Source: Paludibacteraceae bacterium (GTDB taxonomy: Bacteria; Bacteroidota; Bacteroidia; Bacteroidales; Paludibacteraceae). From it: a stretch of DNA of 64,000 nt. The number at the start of each line of letters is the position of its first letter. Positions within the stretch are counted from its first letter, which is position 1. A model generated the notes under the pieces. It had not been told where the DNA came from and did not search any database. It saw nothing but the letters and a program-made list of their open reading frames with translations. The stretch lies in contig JAFPYI010000023.1 of NCBI GenBank assembly GCA_017412245.1, positions 12,288 to 76,287 on the forward strand, read 5' to 3'. The translations under genes and the position numbers were made by a program. Of the stretch, positions 38,422 through 47,388 are shown piece by piece.

Positions 38422-39166
38422 TATTATTATTCCTATATATAACGCCGAGCAGTATTTAAGTGCTTGTTTGGATTCGATAATTGCACAAATTACCGACCAT
38501 CCGTTACAACTCATTCTCGTGGATGATGGCAGTACGGACAATAGTCTCACTATTGCCAAACGCTATGCAGAACGTTACGGAGAAGATGCCAAACGTCAAG
38601 TCTTACTTTTTACTCAAGAGCATGCAGGACAATCCGCTGCACGAAATCTCGGTTTGAAACATGTGCAAGGAGAATATATTGCTTTTGTGGATGCTGATGA
38701 TCGTTTAGCGCCCAATTGGTGTGAAAAACACCTGAAAGCCATCGATGGTGTGGATTATGTACAAAGCGGATATCGCCGTACTTCGATAAAGCAAGAAGAA
38801 AGCGGATGGCATATTGGTATCCAACGATTGCCAAAAAATAGATATCAATTTACAATGGCTTACGCACGACTCTATCGCAGAGACTGTATAGAGAAATATC
38901 ACTTGCGTTTCCCGGAAGGAATGATTTATGAGGATGTGGTCTTTTCTGTCGATTTATGGCTAACTCCGGCTACTTGTCGTATGTTGAAACATACCGGTTA
39001 TCTATACACTCGTAATCCGAATAGTACTACTGCCAAAGTACAACTCAAAGCACAACAGCGTTTAGCACAAGAATTGCGCAGCAAACTGCCACATCAATCC
39101 TTCAAAGGAAAAATGATTATTTATTATACACTTATCCGTTTGTATTTTCACTTCAAAAAACAATAA
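38414..39166 (+). CDS. glycosyltransferase family 2
   Basis: 250 aa. Classic GT2 N-terminus ISIIIPIYNAEQYLSACLDSI...LILVDDGSTDNS...YIAFVDADD. Confidence 0.9.
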   Translation: MISIIIPIYNAEQYLSACLDSIIAQITDHPLQLILVDDGSTDNSLTIAKRYAERYGEDAKRQVLLFTQEHAGQSAARNLGLKHVQGEYIAFVDADDRLAPNWCEKHLKAIDGVDYVQSGYRRTSIKQEESGWHIGIQRLPKNRYQFTMAYARLYRRDCIEKYHLRFPEGMIYEDVVFSVDLWLTPATCRMLKHTGYLYTRNPNSTTAKVQLKAQQRLAQELRSKLPHQSFKGKMIIYYTLIRLYFHFKKQ

Positions 39167-39167
39167 T

Positions 39168-41282
39168 ATGAAACATTCGCTTTCACTTCTCACACTTTTG
39201 TTGTGTGTAACATTGGTAAATGCCACCACATTCTACGCTTCTCCTTCCGGAAACGGGAATGGTAATTCATATACATCACCTACCAGTTTCAGTAATGGTG
39301 TGTCCAAATTATCCTCTCCGGGCGACACTTTGTATATATTAGGAGGAACTTATGAATTTACTGATAAATTTAGTATCAACAAACAAGGTTCCGCTTCCAA
39401 ACGCATCGTAATTTCCGGTTTCCCGGGAGAGAAAGCCATTTTGGACTTTCACAAAGTAGCATATGGAGTAAGAGGCATTACCATTCATGAGAATTCGCTT
39501 TATATACATATCAAAAATCTCTCCATTGCTTACTCCGGGAAAAATAATCTATACTGCGAAGGTTCGTATTGTCTCTTTGAGAATCTGGATATCTATGGGT
39601 CGGCAGATACTGGTTGTCAGATGAAGAAAGGCGGTAATAATACCATTCTGAATGTGGACAGCCATGATAATTTCGACTATAAAACCATGTCCGGCACACA
39701 AGCCAATTTCGGCGGAAATGCAGATGGTTTTGCAGACAAACAATTTACCGGAGCCGGAAACCATTATATCGGTTGTCGTGCATGGGGAAATAGCGATGAC
39801 GGATGGGATTTCTATGATCGAAAGAGCAGTAGCCAAACAATTATAGAAAACTGTATCTGCTACCAAAACGGTCCTGCTACCTATAACATGAAAAATCATC
39901 CTCGTTATGAGGTAGATAAAACATGGTTCGACAGCAAAGTGGGCACAACGATGACTGACCGTTATGGTAATACAATTACCATCACACTGGAACAATATCC
40001 ATGTCAAGGCAATGGAAATGGTTTCAAGATGGGAGGAAACTATTCTGACCACCAGATTCTTATCCATCATTGTTTGTCGGTAGCCAATAACAAACGCGGT
40101 TTTGACCAAAACAATAATGGTGGTACGATGTGGGTGTATAACAACACGGCATATGACAATGGTCCTAATTATGGTTTTACGACCAGTTATGGAACTAACA
40201 CCATTCAAAATTGCATCAGTTATAAAAGCAAGAGTTCTGATAGTTATCGTTCTAAAAATGTGGCAGTTATTGACCATAACTCGTGGAATGGTTTTACTCT
40301 TTCCAACAGCGATTTTGTATCATTAGACACCACACAGATTTTGGCAGCTCGTCAATTAGACGGAAGTCTTCCGGAAAGTACTTGTTTGCATTTAGCAAGC
40401 GGTTCATCTCTAATCGATGCAGGTGTGGATATCAATCTTGGTTATAACGGCAACGCTCCGGATTTGGGATGCTATGAAACAGATGGAGAACACCACGACC
40501 CGATTGATGATGATACCATTCCTGATATTCAACCGGAAGGAAGTCATCGTGTAGCATTTGTGACTACTCTCAATGCTCCGGCCGACAAAGCATTATTAGC
40601 ACATTTGAAAACAAATGATTCTTTGTATGTAGTTCAAACTGAAGCCATAGATGCAGATGTGGACTATAGCGATTACGAAGTGATTGTTTTAGGAAGCGTT
40701 CCTAATAGTGGAGCTGCAGGATTTGCAGCGCTAAAAGGTTATAACAAGCCAATGCTGATGCTCAAACCATTCTTACTCAAAAATACTGTTTGGGATTGGG
40801 GTTCTGCCGTTAACACAACTGATTTAAGTGTAAAAGTAGTTAATGCCAATCATCCTATATTTCAACATTTAACCATTACGGATGGTGAGTTACAATTATT
40901 CAGTAAATGCACAACCAATGCTGTAACAGCCATCAGTACTTGGACGAATACTACGGGTTTTGAATTATTAGGTACTCCTGTTTCTCAAGAGACATACACA
41001 ACTATTGCTGATTTTGCGCCCGAAACGAATTGTAACGGAACCATTCTTCCGCAACGATTAGTTATGATTGGCGTGAGCGAATATTCAACGGCAGACTTAA
41101 CTTACGACGGCAAACGTCTCATAGAGAATGCCATTTGCTATTTGTTGGGAATTCCTATGCCTACAGCCATTGAGCAAACTAATATTAATCCGAAATCATC
41201 TGCAACCAAATTTATACACAATGGACACATTTACATTCGCGTTGGTACGCAAATTTTTGATTGTACCGGTCGTTCTTTGTAG
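39168..41282 (+). CDS. secreted right-handed parallel beta-helix protein (pectate-lyase-like, PL9-type motifs) with extra C-terminal domain and short sorting-like tail
   Basis: 704 aa with a signal peptide. Beta-helix motifs NADGFADK, AWGNSDDGWDFY and GNGNGFKMGGN. After about residue 440 there is an unrelated alpha/beta-looking domain. It ends ..ATKFIHNGHIYIRVGTQIFDCTGRSL. Confidence 0.6.
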   Translation: MKHSLSLLTLLLCVTLVNATTFYASPSGNGNGNSYTSPTSFSNGVSKLSSPGDTLYILGGTYEFTDKFSINKQGSASKRIVISGFPGEKAILDFHKVAYGVRGITIHENSLYIHIKNLSIAYSGKNNLYCEGSYCLFENLDIYGSADTGCQMKKGGNNTILNVDSHDNFDYKTMSGTQANFGGNADGFADKQFTGAGNHYIGCRAWGNSDDGWDFYDRKSSSQTIIENCICYQNGPATYNMKNHPRYEVDKTWFDSKVGTTMTDRYGNTITITLEQYPCQGNGNGFKMGGNYSDHQILIHHCLSVANNKRGFDQNNNGGTMWVYNNTAYDNGPNYGFTTSYGTNTIQNCISYKSKSSDSYRSKNVAVIDHNSWNGFTLSNSDFVSLDTTQILAARQLDGSLPESTCLHLASGSSLIDAGVDINLGYNGNAPDLGCYETDGEHHDPIDDDTIPDIQPEGSHRVAFVTTLNAPADKALLAHLKTNDSLYVVQTEAIDADVDYSDYEVIVLGSVPNSGAAGFAALKGYNKPMLMLKPFLLKNTVWDWGSAVNTTDLSVKVVNANHPIFQHLTITDGELQLFSKCTTNAVTAISTWTNTTGFELLGTPVSQETYTTIADFAPETNCNGTILPQRLVMIGVSEYSTADLTYDGKRLIENAICYLLGIPMPTAIEQTNINPKSSATKFIHNGHIYIRVGTQIFDCTGRSL

Positions 41283-43014
41283 CCTACTCTGTTTTGGAGA
41301 AGAGGCTTATTATCAAGATGTACGATACACGCTTGACAACAATTATTTAACGGCTGAAGTTGCTTCAAACCCAAAATTATCCGGCGAGGTTTTGATTCCT
41401 GAAACGATCGTTGCCGGACAGAACACATATACCGTTATTGCTATCAGCGACAAAGCATTCAAAGGTTGTAAAAAACTGACCAATATCGTGTTGCCGAAAA
41501 CTCTGCAACGTGTTTATCGTTCGGCTTTTGACGGAACAGGTATTATGTCCAATCCAAATAATTGGAACGAAGGATGTCTATGGATAGACAGTGTGCTTAT
41601 AGCAACGGATAAAACCATTAAACCTCGTTTTGAAGTGCCTGCAAGCACTCGTTTGATTGCAGCCGGAGCATTTCAAGGCAACAAGACCATCATTCGTGTA
41701 GAATTGCCTAATACGCTTACACGTATTGACCATGAGACTTTCCGCGATTGCAAGAATCTTGAGAAAGTTGAAATTCCTACGTCTGTGACTTCTATCGGCG
41801 AGGACGCTTTTACCGGCAGTGGTATATATTTTAATGAAAACAAATGGAAGAAAGGAGCATTGATTATTGATGATTGTGTCGTTGCAACCAATGACGAGAT
41901 TCCATCCAAATATATATTCAAGAACAAGACTCCGATACGTTTGATTGCCGAGAAAGCATTTGCCGGTCGTACCGGTTTGCATTCGGTAACTATTCCTTCC
42001 TCCATTACTGTTATTCCTACGGCTGCATTCTATAATTGTTTGAACTTGACGGATGTGATTATTCCTGCGGAAGTAAAAGAAGTAGGCAATTTTGCATTCT
42101 ATGGTTGCGAGCGTTTGCGTTTTGCCACTCTGCCACGTGATTTACAACGCTTAGGAATGGGAGCATTCTATGGTTGCGGGAATTTGAAAGAACAAGTGCT
42201 GAGCGACAATTTGGAAGTATTGGAACAAGGCGTGTTGTTCATGTGTCATAGTCTTAAACAATTGCAATTTCCGGCTCATCTGCGTCGTATTGACAATGGT
42301 GCGTTGGCCGGTTGCTCTTCGATAGAAACACTTAAATTACCGGAGACATTAGAGTTCATTGGTGAAAAAGCTTTTGCCGGCTGTTCCATCATCCGCGAGT
42401 TGACTCTTCCGCCATTGGTAAATTCCGTTCCGAAACAGATGTGTCAAGGCTGTTCGCGATTATATCGTGTCAACTTGCCGGATGGTTTATATGCCATTGG
42501 CGATGAAGCCTTTGAAGGTTGTTTGGCACTTGAGAGAGTTTATATGCCGGAGACAACATTCCGTATTGGTCAACGCGCATTCCGCAACTGTCAGCAGCTG
42601 CGAAAAATATACTTGGTGGACCATATTCACTTGTTAGAGACCGGCGCGTTTATGGAATGCAAGATGTTAGAAGAGATTGCCCTTCCCGCTAATTTGGATG
42701 TACTGCAACCGGAAGTTTTCAACCAATGCGTCAACTTGACGAAGATAACTTTCAATTCGGGATTGCTTGAAATCAAGAAAGGTGCATTCCGTCATTGTCG
42801 CAGTCTACGTGAAGTCCAAATGAACGACTCCTTACGCATCATCGGTGAAGAAGCGTTTATGGGTTGCAAGAATCTTCGCAAAGTAGCTTTCCCGCGTTTA
42901 CTTAATCGGATTGGCAACAGCGCCTTCCAAGATTGCGAGAGTTTCCTTCAACCTCTGTTCCCACCGGAGGTCAAAATCGGGAAAAATGCTTTCAAAGGCA
43001 CACGGAAACCATGA
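41221..43014 (+). CDS. BspA-type leucine-rich repeat surface protein
   Basis: About 597 aa from ATG 41221 (MDTFTFALVRKFLIVPVVLCSLLCFG = signal peptide). It has over 15 repeats of the pattern AF.GC..L..V.LP..L..IG..AF..C. The track start 41128 lies inside the previous gene. Confidence 0.85.
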   Translation: MDTFTFALVRKFLIVPVVLCSLLCFGEEAYYQDVRYTLDNNYLTAEVASNPKLSGEVLIPETIVAGQNTYTVIAISDKAFKGCKKLTNIVLPKTLQRVYRSAFDGTGIMSNPNNWNEGCLWIDSVLIATDKTIKPRFEVPASTRLIAAGAFQGNKTIIRVELPNTLTRIDHETFRDCKNLEKVEIPTSVTSIGEDAFTGSGIYFNENKWKKGALIIDDCVVATNDEIPSKYIFKNKTPIRLIAEKAFAGRTGLHSVTIPSSITVIPTAAFYNCLNLTDVIIPAEVKEVGNFAFYGCERLRFATLPRDLQRLGMGAFYGCGNLKEQVLSDNLEVLEQGVLFMCHSLKQLQFPAHLRRIDNGALAGCSSIETLKLPETLEFIGEKAFAGCSIIRELTLPPLVNSVPKQMCQGCSRLYRVNLPDGLYAIGDEAFEGCLALERVYMPETTFRIGQRAFRNCQQLRKIYLVDHIHLLETGAFMECKMLEEIALPANLDVLQPEVFNQCVNLTKITFNSGLLEIKKGAFRHCRSLREVQMNDSLRIIGEEAFMGCKNLRKVAFPRLLNRIGNSAFQDCESFLQPLFPPEVKIGKNAFKGTRKP

Positions 43015-43050
43015 CAAAACCACGTGTAAAGTCTAGGATAACCCCGATGC

Positions 43051-43114
43051 AGACTCGAAAATGACTCGTAAACGGCTCGAGATTGGTTCGAAATTGACTC
43101 GAGAACGATTCGAG
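43051..43114 (-). repeat. copy D of the 11-bp-phased TCGA element (convergent intergenic, expanded to 5-6 units)
   Basis: The plus strand reads aga-ctcgaaaatga-ctcgtaaacgg-ctcgagattgg-ttcgaaattga-ctcgagaacga-ttcgag, in perfectly kept 11-bp phase. The sense strand ends ..TTTTCGAG-TCT like copies A and C. It starts 7 nt after the stop of the metallophosphoesterase gene. Confidence 0.8.
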
Positions 43115-43121
43115 TGATGAG

Positions 43122-44012
43122 TTATGGCTGTTGCGGATAATCAATATAATGGTAGACAATGCTTTCCGACATGTCTGCAATCATATAGGATTGACCTTTT
43201 TCGCTATCTTTTGTTGCGTTAAGAACGAGGTACTGCACTCCTTTGAAAATAACTGATTGGCGTGCATGTTGATGGCCGCTCCAAACGAATTCTACGCCGT
43301 ATTTTGACAGTAACGACGTCAGTTCGTAAGTTGCTTCCAACGCGTAATTGCTGGTATGTCCTTGCGATGCATCCAGTTTCCACAAGTGCGTGTGCGTGAA
43401 GACAATAATGTGTCGATAGCCTTCTTTCGATTTCTCTTCCAAAAGCGTCTTCAACCAATTGGTTTGATCAACACCTAAATCTCCTTCCGCGCTATCCAAA
43501 CAAATAAAAAGGTCTAATTTCTTAGAGCCATTATTGGTGTCAAACCAATAAACCGAAGTCTTGAAATAATCACGATAAATAGGCCATTGCTTGAAATAGA
43601 TATCATGGTTTCCGGGCGTAATAAACAAAGTGTCATCAATAGCCCTTTCGCCTAATCGCAACACACTATCGGCACAAGGAAAATTCTTTTGCGCATCAAT
43701 CAAATCGCCCAAATGCAATGCCAATTTCGGACTGGAAGCGTTCTCATATTGATTGACAAAATAGGCAAGATTACGATGGCTGGTTCGTGTTATATGGCTG
43801 TCCGTGCAGACATAAATAGCATAGTCATCTTGCGCCATGTCCAGATGAATTTCGGACCGTGACTCATTATATAACATCGACTGAGCGAAACGCGCTTTAA
43901 TCGTCTCTCCTTGCGGAGAAAACATACCTGCGATATCCAAAGTGCTGTCTTCACTACATGCTGAGAACAGCAAAGAAACCAAAAATATATACGAAATTTT
44001 CTTCATAATCAT
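43122..44012 (-). CDS. metallophosphoesterase lipoprotein (calcineurin-like)
   Basis: 296 aa. Lipobox LLFSAC. Phosphoesterase motifs CTDSH, LGDLID, GNHD, FTHTH and SGHQH. The start could also be ATG 44006. Confidence 0.88.
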   Translation of the reverse strand: MIMKKISYIFLVSLLFSACSEDSTLDIAGMFSPQGETIKARFAQSMLYNESRSEIHLDMAQDDYAIYVCTDSHITRTSHRNLAYFVNQYENASSPKLALHLGDLIDAQKNFPCADSVLRLGERAIDDTLFITPGNHDIYFKQWPIYRDYFKTSVYWFDTNNGSKKLDLFICLDSAEGDLGVDQTNWLKTLLEEKSKEGYRHIIVFTHTHLWKLDASQGHTSNYALEATYELTSLLSKYGVEFVWSGHQHARQSVIFKGVQYLVLNATKDSEKGQSYMIADMSESIVYHYIDYPQQP

Positions 44013-44015
44013 ACT

Positions 44016-44747
44016 TTATTTATCAAATCTATAACTAAATCCAACACGCGCCGTAGCACCATAGAAAGTTGCATCCAAATGGAACATTCCTGTCGGCTTG
44101 CATTGCGCGCCGAAATTAAGTCTCCAGTTATCCGTCACATCATACCAAGCGCCAATTGAAAACAACGGTTGCCACATACGCTCCATTTGATAATCGTCCA
44201 CATTGCTAAACATAAATGATAAGTTCCACGGGTTATTTTGCGGACGGCAGAAAACTTCCAAACGGTACAACACATTAAACGGCTCCACGATATAACTCTC
44301 ATCGGTATACCACGAACGATCCCAGTCCTCAATAACACGGCCGAAAACGCCAAGTGTTACTGATACATAATCCATTCGATAACCAATTCCCAAAGCCGCT
44401 GTCAAATCGCTGATACGGTTTCGTGCCAATGCTTTGAACATCACATCCGTCTCAATAAATAATTCTCCTACAGGCAGTTCAAATTTCGGTCGCATCTGCA
44501 GAGCACCCGTATAAACATTGGCCGTGGAGAATTGCAGTTTAGCCTCCATCTCGAAATGCGGATTGAACGGCATAAGTGCTTGCACATCTAAGTTGGCATG
44601 GTGCGACCAAGTCGTGTTATAACTATACTCCGCCATGCCGGTTATTGTATAACGGCGAGTGCCAAATCCCGGTTGGTGTTCAGCCGCAAACAAACCTACT
44701 CCACACCATCCTAAAAAAAGGAAAATAAGTAAAAATTTTCGTTTCAT
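44016..44747 (-). CDS. outer-membrane beta-barrel protein (unknown family)
   Basis: 243 aa with a signal peptide. Alternating amphipathic beta-strand pattern. C-terminal ..VGFSYRF-DK. Confidence 0.5.
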   Translation of the reverse strand: MKRKFLLIFLFLGWCGVGLFAAEHQPGFGTRRYTITGMAEYSYNTTWSHHANLDVQALMPFNPHFEMEAKLQFSTANVYTGALQMRPKFELPVGELFIETDVMFKALARNRISDLTAALGIGYRMDYVSVTLGVFGRVIEDWDRSWYTDESYIVEPFNVLYRLEVFCRPQNNPWNLSFMFSNVDDYQMERMWQPLFSIGAWYDVTDNWRLNFGAQCKPTGMFHLDATFYGATARVGFSYRFDK

Positions 44748-44767
44748 ATAATTATTCTTTCTTTGTC

Positions 44768-47098
44768 TTATAAATACACAATTGTCAGTCCGGCTCCGCC
44801 ATGATTGACATCTCCATCGCCAAAATCCAATGCTACTTGTCCGCGTTTGCGTCGCTGATGATTGAGGTTATTGAGATAATCACGCGTGAGTTGTTTGAGC
44901 GCTCCTGTTCCTGTGCCATGCAAAATAGTCACTTCGCCTGCTCCAACCATAAGCGCATCATCCATATACGCGATTAAACGCTCCAATGCTTCGTCTGCTC
45001 GCAGGCCGCGGATGTCCAATGTACGCTTGAAAGAGAGTGTGCGTTGACGAACAGTACTACGTACCGATGGTTGTTGCACAGGAGAAGAAGGCGCAGTTTC
45101 GACATTGCCTTTAAGCACCCGCAAGTCTTTGAAATCTTTAAGCACTCTGCGACCTGAAGGTTGATTTTTCTCTTTTTCTTGCGCAGTCGATTGAGGATTT
45201 GCTTTCACTTTGGTTTTCAAAGTCTCAACCTTTGCACGGGCTTTCTTGGTGCGCTCTTTATCTGCTTTCGACTCTTTAATTTCGCGTATCGTCCGCTCAA
45301 TGGTAGCATTACTTTGTGCTAAAAGTTCAGCCGCTTGCTGACGAGCCTCTTCCAAGATTTCTTTTCTCTTTTGTTTGACGCTTCCCAACTGTTCATCCAA
45401 CTGCGCGATACGTGCTTCCAAATCCTTTTCATGTTGACGGATTTGCTGACGTTTTCGTTCCCAATAACGTTTATCACGTGCTATATCTTGTAATTGACGG
45501 TCGTAATCAATATGCTCCTCACCCACTAATTCCGTTGCATATTGGATAATCGGTTCACTTACTCCTGTTTGGCGAGCAATCTCGATAGCGAAACTACTTC
45601 CTGCCTGACCGATAGACAATTGGAACAACGGTCGCATAGCGCCTCTATCGTATAGCATAGCGCCATTAACCACTCCGACGGTCTGTTCTGCAAAATGCTT
45701 TAGATTCGTATAATGTGTTGTTACGAGTCCAAAGGCTTTTTTGTTTACCAATTCGCGTAAAATAGCTTCAGCCAACGCACCTCCGATTAACGGCTCTGTA
45801 CCGCTTCCCATCTCATCTATCAAGAAAAGTGTTTGCGCATTCGCCTCACGCAAAAAAGTCTTCATATTACGCAGATGAGACGAATAAGTGGACAATTCAT
45901 CTTGAATGGATTGCTCATCGCCGATATCAATCATCATCTGTTCAAAGATACCTGCTTCACTTTGTTCCCCGACCGGCACTAACAATCCACATTGAGTCAT
46001 ATATTGCAATAGCGCTACAGTCTTTAGGCAGACTGATTTGCCACCTGCATTCGGGCCGGAAATAACCAACACTCGATTCTCTTCTATGCGCAAACGTACA
46101 CTCATCGGAACAACGGTTTTCCCTTGCGGTTCATAGTGTAGCAGTAGTACGGGATGCCGTGCATCTGCCCAACCTAACATCGGCTTATTATTGATATTCG
46201 GGCGGATAGCATGAAGTGTTTGCGCCAAAGACACTTTAGCAATCAGGAAATCCATCTCGCCCAAAAACTCATGCATCTGAAGAATTATCGATAGTTGCGG
46301 ACGGATTATTTCTGTCGTAGCTTGTAAGATTCGTATGCGTTCACGTCGTTCTGCGCCTTCCAATTCACGCACATGATTATTTGCTTCAACCACTTGTTGT
46401 GGTTCAATAAATACCGTCTTTCCGGTTGCCGACTCGTCATGCACTATACCGCCTATCTTGCGTTTGTATGCCGGTGGAACAGGAATTACCAAACGCCCTT
46501 CACGAATAGTTGGTGCAGCATCTGCATCTACCAATCCATCTGCTTTGGCTTGACGAAGAATAGAAGCTAACGTTCGTCCAACACTTCCTTGCAAAGAAAT
46601 TATCTCGCGACGAATACGCGCCAATTCCGGCGATGCGTGATCTACCAAGCGCCCATAACGGTCCAAAATTGCATCGATAGCATGAATCGTCTCTCCTAAA
46701 TCTTTTCCGTCCTCATATTGATTCGCCAGACACTTCAAATCAGGGTATTTCGTTTCATCCAAGCCACGCAAGAAATGCTCTAATGCAACCACATATGCCA
46801 TTGAATGACGCAAGGCGTCCAGTTCTGCTTCATCTAAAAACAAACCCTCTACGTGAATCCGACTCATTGCTTCACGCACATCGAAAATCTCGCCACGAGG
46901 AAAAGAAAGAGAAGTATCTTCCAACGCCAATCGTAATTGATCTGTTTGTGCTAAAAGGCGACAGATTGTTTCACAATCCGTTTCCCAATGCATTGCCTCC
47001 ACTCGTTCACGACCTAATGGAGAAGAACAACGACGATTCAACTCTTCACGCAGAAGTGAAAAGTCAATTTTTTGCTCTATATTGGAAGGATAGACCAT
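44768..47098 (-). CDS. mutS2: endonuclease MutS2 (MutS domain + coiled coil + Smr domain)
   Basis: About 776 aa from ATG 47098 (MVYPSNIEQKIDF...; the track start 47116 is TTG). Walker A GPNAGGKSVCLKT. Motif DEMGSGTEP. C-terminal Smr (LDIRGLRADEALERL...ILHGTGTGALK). The ATG overlaps the upstream stop (TGATG). Confidence 0.93.
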   Translation of the reverse strand: MVYPSNIEQKIDFSLLREELNRRCSSPLGRERVEAMHWETDCETICRLLAQTDQLRLALEDTSLSFPRGEIFDVREAMSRIHVEGLFLDEAELDALRHSMAYVVALEHFLRGLDETKYPDLKCLANQYEDGKDLGETIHAIDAILDRYGRLVDHASPELARIRREIISLQGSVGRTLASILRQAKADGLVDADAAPTIREGRLVIPVPPAYKRKIGGIVHDESATGKTVFIEPQQVVEANNHVRELEGAERRERIRILQATTEIIRPQLSIILQMHEFLGEMDFLIAKVSLAQTLHAIRPNINNKPMLGWADARHPVLLLHYEPQGKTVVPMSVRLRIEENRVLVISGPNAGGKSVCLKTVALLQYMTQCGLLVPVGEQSEAGIFEQMMIDIGDEQSIQDELSTYSSHLRNMKTFLREANAQTLFLIDEMGSGTEPLIGGALAEAILRELVNKKAFGLVTTHYTNLKHFAEQTVGVVNGAMLYDRGAMRPLFQLSIGQAGSSFAIEIARQTGVSEPIIQYATELVGEEHIDYDRQLQDIARDKRYWERKRQQIRQHEKDLEARIAQLDEQLGSVKQKRKEILEEARQQAAELLAQSNATIERTIREIKESKADKERTKKARAKVETLKTKVKANPQSTAQEKEKNQPSGRRVLKDFKDLRVLKGNVETAPSSPVQQPSVRSTVRQRTLSFKRTLDIRGLRADEALERLIAYMDDALMVGAGEVTILHGTGTGALKQLTRDYLNNLNHQRRKRGQVALDFGDGDVNHGGAGLTIVYL

Positions 47099-47388
47099 CA
47101 ACCTAAAATACGGCAATCACGAATAACAGGCGAACCAACCGCTTCATTGAGTCGGCGGACCAGTTCAAAACGATTTTCAAATAATTGCGCTTTAAGCGCC
47201 GCACTCGTTACACGCACGATGAGCATACCATCCTTGACCTCAACGCTTTTGGTCATTTCGGTAACGATATTTCCCATCACTTGCGGCCATGCGTCCACCA
47301 CTTGCTGCTCCAAGACCGATTGCTCCAATCCGCTTTCGCGCAAGAACTGTACTAATGCTTCGCCTATCGATATTGCACTATTGGCCAT
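47098..47388 (-). CDS. DUF721 domain protein (DciA-like)
   Basis: 96 aa. DUF721 pattern (..W..V.G......T.......G.L.V.V.S.A....L......L...LN......V..I). Translationally coupled on both sides (TAATG and TGATG overlaps). Confidence 0.7.
   Translation of the reverse strand: MANSAISIGEALVQFLRESGLEQSVLEQQVVDAWPQVMGNIVTEMTKSVEVKDGMLIVRVTSAALKAQLFENRFELVRRLNEAVGSPVIRDCRILG

Noticed and set aside
41128-41220. Track start for the LRR gene 31 codons upstream of MDTF....
   Set aside because: The extra residues (MPFAICWEFLCLQPLSKLILIRNHLQPNLYT) lie deep inside the preceding gene and precede a perfectly good signal peptide that starts at ATG 41221.
43051-43114. Could the phased short repeats be a degenerate CRISPR array?
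   Set aside because: The units are 11 bp with no spacers, the arrays are at most 6 units long, several copies lie inside ORFs, and there are no cas genes or leader-like sequence.
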